Assembly: GCF_001194135.2 (NCBI RefSeq)
Contig: NC_068985.1
Location: 66,905,934-66,969,933, forward strand
Direction: 5' to 3'
From: Octopus bimaculoides
Lineage: Eukaryota
Length of the DNA: 64,000 bases
Shown: positions 52,900-64,000 of the stretch, one piece after another
How positions within the stretch are numbered: position 1 is the first letter of the stretch
How the letters are laid out: each line of letters opens with the position of its first letter
Made by a program: the position numbers and the translations under genes
The notes under the pieces: model-generated
Database searches by the model: none
Told to the model about the DNA's origin: nothing
What the model saw: the letters and a program-made list of their open reading frames with translations, nothing else

Positions 52900-53105
52900 A
52901 CTTTGGTACATGTCCAGCACTTTCGTGGGAATGGGTAACTTGATTACATCGACCCCAGTGCTCAACTGTTAATTATTGTTTTGTCCGCGAAATGATGAAA
53001 GGCAAATTATTCCTAGGCGGAATTGAAACTCAGAACTGAAAGACGAACGAAATGCTGCTAAGCAGTTTGCCTTGCGCGGTAACAATTCTACTAGCTCCAC
53101 GACTT
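52900..53105 (-). mobile_element. CORE-type SINE family B, diverged
   Basis: GATTACATCGACCCCAG...GATGAAAGGCAAA...AACTCAGAAC...GCTAAGCA, the reverse complement of family B. Confidence 0.75.
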
Positions 53106-54424
53106 ACTCTATATTATGCATATTGATGATAAAATCAGAATTCCACTGTGTTTTTTTAAAGCATTAATTCTGTTTAACAAATCCCAAACTTTTGTAATAT
53201 GCTGTTTTGACTAATTATATGATGAAAAATATAATCAAGAAAATACTTTCATAAAGCCTTATAAAATCGTTGTAATTGATATTTTAAAATAAAATTTCAA
53301 GAAGCAACGCGTTTCATTGAAAATATCTAAATAAAATTACAAGTCAGGAATATCCGAACGATTTTTTGCTGCAATGAATATTATTAACTATGTCTATATT
53401 GAATCAATAAATGCAGGAAGAAATATGAGATTTGACCCACTTACAGTCCAAGTTATGAATAAAATTTACCTAGATTCGATTTGCATTTCATCATTCTCTA
53501 GTTATTAACGTAAGTACTACATTAGCTTCCATTTACTGGAGTATACAGCACATCTACAAAAATTCTTCTGCACCGCATTAAATCTCTCTGTATCGTAGAG
53601 AAAACCCCTTCAACTATGCGATTACACATTTCGGAACGCTTAATTTCACATATATCAGTGATGCAACAAGAATGGTTATATGTATACAGATACCAATAAT
53701 TTCAGAAGGAAATCAAAATCGATAGGTAGATTTTAGTTGGTCGGTCACTAGATCAACTAATAAAAGGTATCCTTTTCATTACACGCACTAATAAAATATT
53801 TTTGTATTACATGCACACACACACACACGCACACACACACACATACACACACACACACGTACACACACACAAACACACACATTTATATTCATTCGTAGGT
53901 ATGCGTATGCAGGTCAAGAGAATAATATTCTATGAATTAATACTTAAGAAAGTAATTGGTTATATCCGAAACGTATAAATATCCCACCACTGCCTTAGAA
54001 GAAAGTGCGATGTAGGCATGAAAAATACCAGTTTGTAGAAAATGATCACAAATGAATGAACGAATTTCAAGTTAAAAAAACGTCATATGCATATTTAGTT
54101 TAAATGAAATGGAATGGATCCATAACTATCATTTTAGAAATAAAATATTGAAGTGAAATAAAATTTTTAAGAAACTGAAGATCAACCATACTTAATGTGA
54201 AATCACTTAAATAAATTATACAGTCAATCATTTCTATAGCAATAAATAAATAAACAAATAAATCAATCAATCAAAACATTCTTTTTCTTTCTCAGTGGAA
54301 TATATCTCCTGAAAATTATTGCTTCTTCATTTCGGAATTTTCATGAAACGCATGATCAATTGCTCCAATGGCATTTAGTTATTAATAGTTAAACTTATAA
54401 TGGTTAATTATACTTTTATACTCT

Positions 54425-54563
54425 AGCCACAAGATCCGAAATTTGGGGGAAGGGGCCAGTCGATTAGATCGACCTCAGTATGCAACTGGTATTTAATTTA
54501 TCGACCACAAAAGGATGAAAGGCAAAGTCGACCTCGGGAGAATTTGAACTCAGACGAAATACC
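54425..54563 (-). mobile_element. CORE-type SINE family B, 3' part, interrupted by a LINE (continues at 57060-57102)
   Basis: GTCGATTAGATCGACC...GGATGAAAGGCAAAGTCGACCTCGGGAGAATTTGAACTCAGACGAAATACC. The sequence resumes at 57060 as AGACGAAATACCGCTAAGCATTTCGCCCGG. Confidence 0.85.
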
Positions 54564-57059
54564 AATTTCTTTATTGCCCACAGAGGGCTAAACATAGAAA
54601 TGGACAGAACAACTGATGGGATCAGTAAATCGGTATGATTTTACATAAAATATGACTTTTAAAAATTAGATAAAATATATAAAAATGATCGAATGAAATT
54701 AACAATACAGGGACAATACAAATGAAACGATGATCAAGCCACGCTCCGACCCCACAAACCCCGATCTATCGCTGGTACCGTTTTTTGTTCTTTTTCCGTC
54801 TATTCACACGGTTCCTTACATGCACAACACTTGTGCAACATGCTTCCATCTCTTTTGGAACATACACTCCGAGAGACATCTCTTCTCCAGCCACACCTTC
54901 CAATTCAAATGAAAAGTAAAAAAAAAAAATGGTCGTAAATTGTGGTCAGAGATAAAGTTGCCTGTCTTAATTCCTTTTATCCTAGTCTTCCATAGTGCCT
55001 CTTTCGCTATTGCTACAACTGTGAGAAAACAATTCTTTCCTTCGTTTGTTAAAACTCCCGGTGGGTCAATTTTTGTAATTGACTCAGTCGACAGCTGTAC
55101 TGTACCTTCGCCGGACAACAAGTGTTCAGCATAAGCCCACATTTCAGATATCTCCAGGCACTGAACGAGAGTGTGAGGAACGGTTTCCCTATCTCCACCG
55201 CACCTTGGACAGGTCGGCGACTGACGCTTACTGCGTCTTGTCAGCTTATCCCAAACGGGCAAGGCACCTCTGTAGCATTGCCAGGTTAAGAACTTTTGGA
55301 AGTTGTCCAATGTTCTCAACCCGAATGTACGGTGAAGCAGGCTGTCCAGTTGAATAAACCCGAGACCTAGAATCGCTCCCAGGCCATACGGCACCCCTTT
55401 ATGCCATTCACTCGACCTTGGTCTACGAGAACACCAGGCTGACTGTTCGCAAAAACTTTTGAACTCGGGGAACATTTGTCTGGCCAGCGAAGACCACACC
55501 CATTCACTATTCAGGAGAATACAGAGGTGCCTCAACCTCAACGCATGCCTGCGCATCATTAACCAAGGCATCCCTAAACCTCTCTTTAAAGGCTTTTGAC
55601 AGCAGACAGAGCGTTTCACACGTGGTGACCTGCCCTTCCACAAAAAGCGAAAGCGCTGTCTCTCCAACCTGATCAACTACGAATCCGGACNNNNNNNNNN
55701 NNNNNNNNNNNNNNNNNNNNNNNNNNNNNNNNNNNNNNNNNNNNNNNNNNNNNNNNNNNNNNNNNNNNNNNNNNNNNNNNNNNNNNNNNNNNNNNNNNNN
55801 NNNNNNNNNNNNNNNNNNNNNNNNNNNNNNNNNNNNNNNNNNNNNNNNNNNNNNNNNNNNNNNNNNNNNNNNNNNNNNNNNNNNNNNNNNNNNNNNNNNN
55901 NNNNNNNNNNNNNNNNNNNNNNNNNNNNNNNNNNNNNNNNNNNNNNNNNNNNNNNNNNNNNNNNNNNNNNNNNNNNNNNNNNNNNNNNNNNNNNNTACGC
56001 TGATAGTTCCGCGTAAGCCGTAACAAACGCCTCTAGACCTGGTTCTCTCGGAATGCCACTCAACCTTCGCAGTAGGGGCTCGAGAGCCACCACATACTAA
56101 AGCGGTGAGAGCGTTTTCGGTAGCGGCAGTCTGGAGGAGAGTAATTTTCTCTTCCTGTTTGATTAAGACTGCCGCCACCAACCACATAGGATCCACTTCC
56201 GGTGGGACCCGTGTGATTTTAATTCTGGACGTTCTCATCCCCATATAAGTGGGGATGAGCGCCACGTCATCCGTTTTCAGCGTTTCTACTGAATGTTTTT
56301 TGTGCAATTTCATTGTTGGGAAACCTCACTTCCACCGTACCAAATTTCCTGCCTCTTGTCAGATAAACCACGTCGCTCCAGATTGGCTTCAGACTCTTCT
56401 CTATCTTCTCTTCTGTAATTTTTTCAATTTTTCTTTTTTGCAAACAGTAAGTTTCAAATATTATTGTTTTCAGTTTTCCTTCTAATAGTAATTTCTCCGG
56501 TGGTTGTATTTTAATCACGTTATCATTCATTTGCATCATTTCAGTGTATTTCTTGAAATCACACTAATTCCTCGAAAGTAGCCGGGTTCCACGCCCAGCT
56601 GCTAACGCGAAACTTTTTTTTCTTTTTTTGGTTGTTCAGTTTGGATGCTAGGTGCATCTCTACAGAGCCCATCTCCAAATAACTCATACATTTTGTTGTT
56701 CTTTTTTGCAACGGAGGAATCAAAAATTCCATTTTCGGAGGAATCCACTATTTCTTTGCTCGTAGTTGGCTTCTCGCCACACAACATGTAATTCTTCGTT
56801 TCAACAGGAGTAGCAAACATTTCTGTTCCAACGGTAGGTTCCTCGCTAGACGACATTTTTCCCGCCAACGGGTGAATGAACAACGCATGCTTTCTACAAG
56901 CACTTGGTGTGTTCAAACGAAAACTCCAACGGTTACGAAATTCAACAATTTAACAATAAACAGCAGTTATTAGAAACAGCAGTTATTATCAATAATTACA
57001 CTAAGAAACAGCAATTTTCACCACGAACACATGTGCAACGCGTAAGAAACAAAAGAGAG
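54564..57059 (-). mobile_element. Internally deleted Tx1/L1-clade LINE with both ends and a 12-bp TSD
   Basis: AGACGAAATACC at 54552-54563 and 57060-57071. ORF1-like pieces at 56916..~56110 join directly to the RT motif SPL*YVVALEPLLRRL. ORF 54816..55676 carries CPRC...TVPHTLVQC (zinc-finger-like). Gap at 55691-55995. Confidence 0.88.
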
Positions 57060-57102
57060 AGACGAAATACCGCTAAGCATTTCGCCCGGGATGCTAACGT
57101 TT

Positions 57103-57338
57103 CTTATTTTTTATTGCCCACAAGGGTGTAAACATAGAGGAGACAAACAAGGACAGACAAAGGGATTAAGTCGATTACATCGAGCCCAGTGCCTAACTGG
57201 TACTTAATTTATCGACCGCGAAAGGATGAAAGGCAAAGACGACCACGGCGGAATTTGAACTCAGAACGTAGCGGCAGACGAAATACCGCTAAGCATTTCG
57301 CCCGACGTGCTAACGTTTCTGCCAGCTCGCCGCCTTCA
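57103..57338 (-). mobile_element. CORE-type SINE family B with a Tx1-derived 3' tail
   Basis: Complete head AAGGCGGCGAGCTGGCAGAAACGTTAG and core. The tail TGTCTCCTCTATGTTTACACCCTTGTGGGCAATAAA matches the LINE 3' end at 54565-54610. Confidence 0.88.
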
Positions 57339-57461
57339 TAACGGTTAATTATACATTTACATTCAATTTGATTTGAACATAATCCTAATGCAGAGGTCTT
57401 TATGAATTCAATTATTAATTATTTAGTAACTCATCAACTAAAGATCTTAGACTGATTGAAC

Positions 57462-57571
57462 TGAAGTTATTGCTTTTGAAGTTATTGCTTTTGAAGTTAT
57501 TGCTTTTGAAGTTATTGCTTTTGAAGTTATTGCTTTTGAAGTTATTGCTTTTGAAGTTATTGCTTCTGAAG
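57462..57571. repeat. 15-bp minisatellite (TGAAGTTATTGCTTT) x7.3
   Basis: Six identical units, one with a single substitution, and a partial unit. Confidence 0.97.
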
Positions 57572-58019
57572 GGTCTATTAACTACAGATAAGAAAGAAAA
57601 AGGTGCCTGTGTATACACTTTGGAATGATAGTAGTGATTACAACGCTGGCATTCGTTAGAGACAATGGATAGACATCTAAGGTTATTATTCTGCATGTTG
57701 GGAGTTAAGAAGACAAAAATGCAGAGAGACTCCAATTTCGAAATATTTAAAGACATGGAAAATTCAATCGAATCATTTCAAAAACTTAGTGATAATAACA
57801 GAGTGACAATACTGAAAAGAATTAATAAAACTATATGAAATAGTATAATAGAAGATTAAACAAGTGTATAAATTATAACCTGTTCGACAATATGATAAAT
57901 GCAATAATGAAAAGTGTTGATATACTTTTATCGTTTAATGCCTTCACAAACCATTAAGGTATATAACCTTTCTTCTATGGCACTATATATGACCATTTAT
58001 TATTATTACTTCGAATATA

Positions 58020-58435
58020 TAAGGCAGAGAGCTGACAGAATCATTCGCATGCCGGGCAAAACGTATAGCCGTATTACGTCCGTCTCCATGTTCTTAGTTA
58101 CAACTCCGCCGGTGTCGACATTGCCTTTCATTTTCACATGGTCGGTAACATAAGTACCAGTTCAGCACTGAGGTCGGTGTAATCGACTTGCTGGCCTTGT
58201 ACCAAAGTTTAAAATCATAATTAATTCGGCGTGAGCTGGCAACATCGGTAGTTCGCTGGACATAACGGTCTGCGGCATTTTGTCTGCCTTAATGTTTTCA
58301 GTTCAAATTCCGCTGAGGTTAACTTCATTACTTCGGGGTCGAGGAAATAAATACCACTTGCACACAGGAGTAGATGTCATCAACTGACCCCTCTACTAAA
58401 ATATCAGGCCTTGTGCCTGCAGTAGTAAGGATTAT
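58020..58435 (+). mobile_element. Two tandem diverged family B SINEs
   Basis: Heads AAGGCAGAGAGCTGACAGAATC (58021) and GGCGTGAGCTGGCAAC (about 58228), each followed by core and tail remnants. Confidence 0.75.
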
Positions 58436-58984
58436 TCGGATCTTTTCTGTCTGGCTGCTACTTTTCAATTTCTTCAACTTTTTTTCGAATTGATTTCATA
58501 TTTGATATGATTATGTTGTTTTGTATGGTCTTCATTGACAGGAAATTCATTTTCGCCAAAAATCTATAAACAATGGGTTAACAGCATTTAAATTTGTAAG
58601 CTACCTGTTTCCATAGTAATAAACCAAGCTGTTACGGAGCTGCTTACCCACGTGGTCATTTTTCGCTTTTTAAATGCTTAAAACACAGGCGGTGTTGAGT
58701 TGTGCTAAAAATAATAGCTAAATAGGTCTTAAATCTTTTTTTGGCTTTTCCATAATCGTTTGAATTCCGGTGTATTGAATACAAAATCGCAAAAATTTTC
58801 TGAAAATTGCAAAAAAGTGAAAATGAGGGGTTTTATGGTGTGCATAAAGCAGAATTCCACCAATATTTCATTTGTTAAGAGCTGACAACACGTGCAGTCA
58901 CGCACAATATGACATCTTCGAAATTTTCTGCTTGTTGTGCCTTTGTCAAATCCTTGAAATATGCATACATACATACATACATGC

Positions 58985-60200
58985 ATACAGCCCTTCCTGT
59001 TTGTTTTCACTGGCCTGTTTTTGTTACCAAATTTGACCCATCCGAAAAATCCCAAGTTTCATGTAATTTGCTTTGCGGGAGCAACTATTTTATCGAAAGC
59101 GTATCTTGTCGCTGAATTGCCTGAAATACGGCTGGAAAAACAGCCGACAACTGATGGAGTATCATTGGTTATGTGTCTTATTTTCCCTTTGTTTCTTTCG
59201 TTGTTGCAAAAAATGTTCATATTCCATGTATTCGCATTTCGTATCTCATGTTTTCATTTTTTGTTGTTGTTTACGTTCCGTGACGTCCTGTGCCCACATA
59301 TGCATATGTACATACCTATAGATGTAAGTATCTACATATACATATTTATATATGCATACATATATTATCTGCATTATTATATGATTGAACCCTACGCATC
59401 CTTTTCCAAGTAAGTTTTATCTTCATAATTCTAATGCGATTCAATTCTATTCTATTATTCTATTACTCTTTCATTTTCTCCCCTTTTTTCTGTTCCTTTC
59501 TCTAATTCTTTTTATCTCCCCTTCTCCCACTCTCGTTTTTTTCTCTCTTTTTTACTATTTTTTTTCTCTAATTTTTTTCTTCTCACTTTCGCCATTATCT
59601 GTCTGTCACTCTCTCTCCTTCACTCTCCCTCTTTTGCTCTCTCGTGGCTCCCACGTGACCATCGTCAATCTTTCTTTCTTTTCATAACTTGTGTTTCTTT
59701 CTTTCTTTCTGATTCAGCTCGACGAATCAGATACATTATTGTCTGTCTCGTATCCAAGCTTGCTTCTTCGCGTTCGCCACCTCACCTTGTTAAGGCTTAG
59801 CAGCCCTTCCTTTTTGTTTTAACTGTCCTATTTTTGTTACCAATTTTGACCCTCCGCAAAATCTCAAATTTTATTTAATTTGCTTTGCAGGAGCAACTGT
59901 TTTATCGAAGGTGTATCTTGTCATTGAATTGCTCGAAATACGGATTAAAATATCAGCCGACAACTGATGAAGAGTCATTCGTTATGTTACTTGATTTGTT
60001 TTCCATTTGTCTCTTTCGTTGTTGTAAAGAAAGTTCATATTCCATGTATTCGTATTTCGTATCTCATGTTCTTGCTTTTTTATGTTGTTTACATTCCGTG
60101 ACGTCTTGTTCGCACCTATGCATATGTATATACATATATATGTAAGTATTTACATATATGTACGTATATATGCATATATATATTATTTATATTATTATAT
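58985..60200 (+). repeat. Two diverged ~330-bp direct repeats around a CT-rich spacer (pLTR-like)
   Basis: CAGCCCTTCCT...CAGCCGACAACTGATG...TTCCGTGACGTC at about 58988-59310 and 59801-60125. Confidence 0.85.
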
Positions 60201-60204
60201 ATAT

Positions 60205-60539
<335 letters not shown>

Positions 60540-61499
60540 TGGGTGTACACTTAGGTGTATGATTACTACTGCATGATTAAGAACCTCGCGTAGATTATCA
60601 TTAATCGTTCTGTTTCCAGTATATTGTTTATCCTGTCACTCTTCGTTGTATTAGTAGTTATGATATACACAGCACATGCAAAGGAAAACTGAGATTAAAA
60701 TAGAATAAATTACTCGAACGTACGTACGTTTCAGCATCGTAATTTCCACCTAAGCGTGATGGGTCTATAAAGATAACACTTTATTGTATTCTCTAACAAA
60801 AGTCTAATATTAGATCATTTTAGAGTTAATATAATCCTTCATTTTAAACACCTATCAGAATACGAACTATATGTTCCAAATTCTTCTATGGCTTTACTTA
60901 CTTCTTTACTAGCAGCATATACACTTCAATTAGTTGTTTTTACATTTAAATTAAAGAATTTTATATGCATTGTATTTCGGATAGCGCGTTTGCCTCTGTA
61001 TTCTGGTGTTGCCTAAGGTAGTCTACGTCATCTTTGTAATGTGACACTACAATTTTAACATTATGCTCGTTAGCTTCAGAATTATTCACCAATTCAGAAC
61101 CTAGAATTTCTTCTGAGTCGCTCTTTAGTGTCAGTCCTGTTAGGTAATTAATAAACTACATCGTCGTAAATGTGACTTAGAATTTCTATTCTAAGCATCT
61201 TAGACCCTTTCAACAAACACTATCACTTGTTTCACACAAACATTTTGATTTATACTCATAGTGTAGTGTCCTGGCGTACACATTATCTTGAAATTCTTTG
61301 TCTTTAACAAATGTAAGTAAAATATGAACCTTCATATACAAGACGTCTCAGTGTTTGAAGTTTCTTTCTTGTTAAAACACTTTACGTTTTCTCAAAGATG
61401 CGTTAAAATAACATATTCCCCCTTTAAAAATTTGCATTTCGTTTATACTGAGGTTTCTTTGTTGAATCCTCGAAAATATTTGAGCGTTAATAAAATGAC

Positions 61500-62620
61500 T
61501 CGCATAAATATTGTTAATTTTCTGATTGCTTCAAAGGACACAGACTATCTGCTTACACTTATATAATTCGCCATAGACGTAGAGAGCACTTTTCGATTAA
61601 AATTGCTAATGTTCGCAAAGTGGTGAAAAAAAATATAATCCAGATATCAAAACATACAATTCCTGCAAAATGTCAAAATATTCAGCAACTTCAGTGCGAC
61701 AGACAATTTCTTCCACCACAAGGCCGAGTGAATAAGGTGCGTGCTTGTACTGTATCTTTTTAAAGACTGCTTGTATCTCGTTCTCTGGATCTTTCCTCTT
61801 CGAATATCCATTATCGTATGACTAACAAAAGATATTTTCAAATGAAAAATTATCTACATGCAGAACTAGTATTGTGTCCAAACCGAAAATTTGTATCAGG
61901 AAAATGTTTCAAAATCTCTCACAGGATTTCTGTGTTGAACCACAATTTGCAGCTGGTCATCATGTGACAAGTTCGGTGCCGACTCAACAATAAAAGATTG
62001 GTATTCAGTGTCCAGCTTGATAATTTGATTCATCATTGCATCTCACAGAGTCATTCGTATGGTTTATATTTGGAGAGGCAAGTAGTGTACACTTTATCAT
62101 TCATATATTCCCAAAACACCCATGTAAAAATTGGTCGAACTCTGAAACAATTCCAATGCTCCCTATAATGTTTATTTTTTTCAGTGAGTCCCAATTCGCA
62201 CTTACTACCTAAATTACAAATATTATTCCCTTATGAGCGTTATAAACGCTACATATCTTTTAATACTTCCAACGTGTACAATTTTGATATCTGTTCTTCA
62301 ATATTTTGATTCAGTGTTTCAGTTTGTATTTCATTGTTAGCCAACACTTCAAGGCATTCTTATGTTTTAAGAAATATTCATGTTTCCCCGGAGTCTTGTA
62401 TGCATTCATCCATTCAGTAAACATATCTGTCATTGTCATTTAGAAAACAGTTTCCATACAAACACTATATACAAACTTAGCATTTTGAATAATGTAAAGG
62501 TGGTGATATCATTGCTTCACAATCTTGAATTAATTTTGAAAATGTCTGAGAAACTTTCTGCCATTTCTTATAAATACTGCTAGATTTTACAAACCCGTCT
62601 CTAGATAGGTTACTTGCTAT
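61500..62620 (-). mobile_element. Decayed hAT (ZMYM1/DUF4371-like) transposase remnant
   Basis: Minus frames FIVESAPNLSHDDQLQIVV, SYDN and PYSLGLVV resemble the recalled 'SIIVDSTPDISHxDQLxxVVRYV', 'QSYDN' and 'HSLNLVG'. Many stops; boundaries approximate. Confidence 0.55.
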
Positions 62621-62974
62621 CCGACTCAGCCGTTTCACTTGAAGCTAGTTGACTTTTATCAATGGGAGACAACTCCGAACGAATCTTATAACAAAAGCTT
62701 ATGTAAAATACAGTCATCAACGTTGCGCTGGTGGATCGCCCGATCGTGGTAAATCAAGAAATATTAGCGCCAAATAGCGTTTAAGCTTAAGCAAAGAATA
62801 TGAATATGTTTTAACTAATGCCGATATTGTTTTATTTACCACAATCGGGCATATACACGCATACACACATACATACACCCGCTTATACACACACACATAT
62901 ATATAAAATAAAAGAAGGAAAATGCAGTTTACGTAGTTATAATATATTTAAAACAAATATTTTAGAATTCTTTC

Positions 62975-63525
62975 ATTCTTTTATTTGTTTGAGTCCTTTT
63001 ATAGCGAGCATGCTGGAGCATCACTTTTTAGTCGAACAAATCGACCCCAGAACTTATTCTTTGTAAGCCTAGTGCTTATTTTATCGGTCTCTTTTGCAGA
63101 ACCGCCAAGCTACCGGGACGTAAACACACCAACATCGGTTGCCATACGAGGGTGGGAGGACAAACACAGACATACACATAGATATGATGATCGACCGCTA
63201 GCCACTAAGGCTTTTAATTCTCTCTCTCACTCTGTGTTTATTTTCTTGTGTTTCTTTCCGTTGAAGAGCGTAGGCTCGAAACGTAAAAGACTTTCTCGCC
63301 TTCCCGAGCGTTAACCTAATACACCTTTTTGTTGCTTAGACACCTGTCTTCGTCTTTTGTTTTTTGGAGATTCCAAATAAATATAACATATGTGTGTGTA
63401 TACGACAGGCTTCTTTCAGTTTCAGTTTGCCAAATCCCCTCACAAGGCTTTTTTCGGCCCCGAGGCTATATTAGAAAATACTTGCCCAAGCTGCTACGCA
63501 GTGGGACTAAACCCAGCCGCTTCTG
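62975..63525 (-). mobile_element. SINE family A split by a + strand pLTR-like segment (about 63195-63385)
   Basis: Tail at 62975-63170 and head at 63395-63525 on the minus strand. The intervening segment contains TTGAAGAGCGTAGGCTCGAAACGTAAAAGAC. Confidence 0.7.
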
Positions 63526-64000
63526 CGCTTAAAGTTGAAAGAATATTATATTTGTCAACCAGTTTTGCTTTCGCTAATCATGACATGGAAATTATTGTAA
63601 TTTCGTATTTTCTTAAGAAGATTTTAGTCCATGTCGTGTGCGGCGGATTTGTGAAGGAAGTGAATCAATAAGGAAAAAAATCTAAGTGGAGGTAACTAGT
63701 GTTCATTATTATTCAGTCCTCTGCAAAGAATGAACAATTACCTCCCCTGTCCCGAATAATAACGATAACCAATTACCTCCTCTTAAATTTTTCTACCTGT
63801 TGATTCATTTTATTCACAATCCCCATACATAAACCGGGCTAAAATCATTTTAAGAAAATACGAAATTATAATAATTTCAATGTCATGAGTACCGAAAGCA
63901 AAACCTGTGAACAAACAATATTCTTGTTCTTATATCATATATTAAAAAATATATTTAAACTATGTATACTGTGTGTATTTTCTTTCATTTATATATATAT

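Noticed and set aside
57462-57571. Regular short repeat considered as a CRISPR array
   Set aside because: No spacers, 15-bp contiguous units, eukaryotic context, no cas genes.
58961-59413. 150-aa hydrophobic ORF
   Set aside because: T-rich direct-repeat unit; the second copy does not preserve the frame.

Overview
AT-rich, microsatellite-dense animal genomic DNA with many assembly gaps (N runs). The SINE families resemble, from recall, those of Octopus; this is inference, not a database match. I found no prokaryotic features, CRISPR array, rRNA gene or true tRNA gene. Most of the window is decayed mobile DNA: Tc1/mariner remnants of several catalytic classes (DD34D, DD34E, DD36E, DD41D and a maT-like one), a hAT remnant, a Helitron helicase, Penelope-like fragments, Tx1/L1-clade LINEs, an RLE-type (R4/Dong-like) LINE, and two tRNA-derived SINE families. 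Among these are short + strand segments with canonical splice sites and matching intron phases (12017-12106, 24112-24157, 27420-27525, 27972-28025, 31661-31898). They splice into a hydrophobic multi-pass membrane protein fragment that I cannot assign to a family. The most notable signals are: (1) a 34-bp intron-exon duplex that puts two first-codon-position exonic adenosines opposite C, the geometry expected of an ADAR recoding site; (2) a ~630-bp palindrome centred on head-to-head (TTAGGG)n/(CCCTAA)n arrays; (3) an internally deleted Tx1-like LINE with a 12-bp target-site duplication inside a CORE-type SINE, next to a SINE carrying that LINE's 3' tail. Exon calls were made by eye. Splice-like motifs are frequent by chance in this DNA, so they need RNA evidence.
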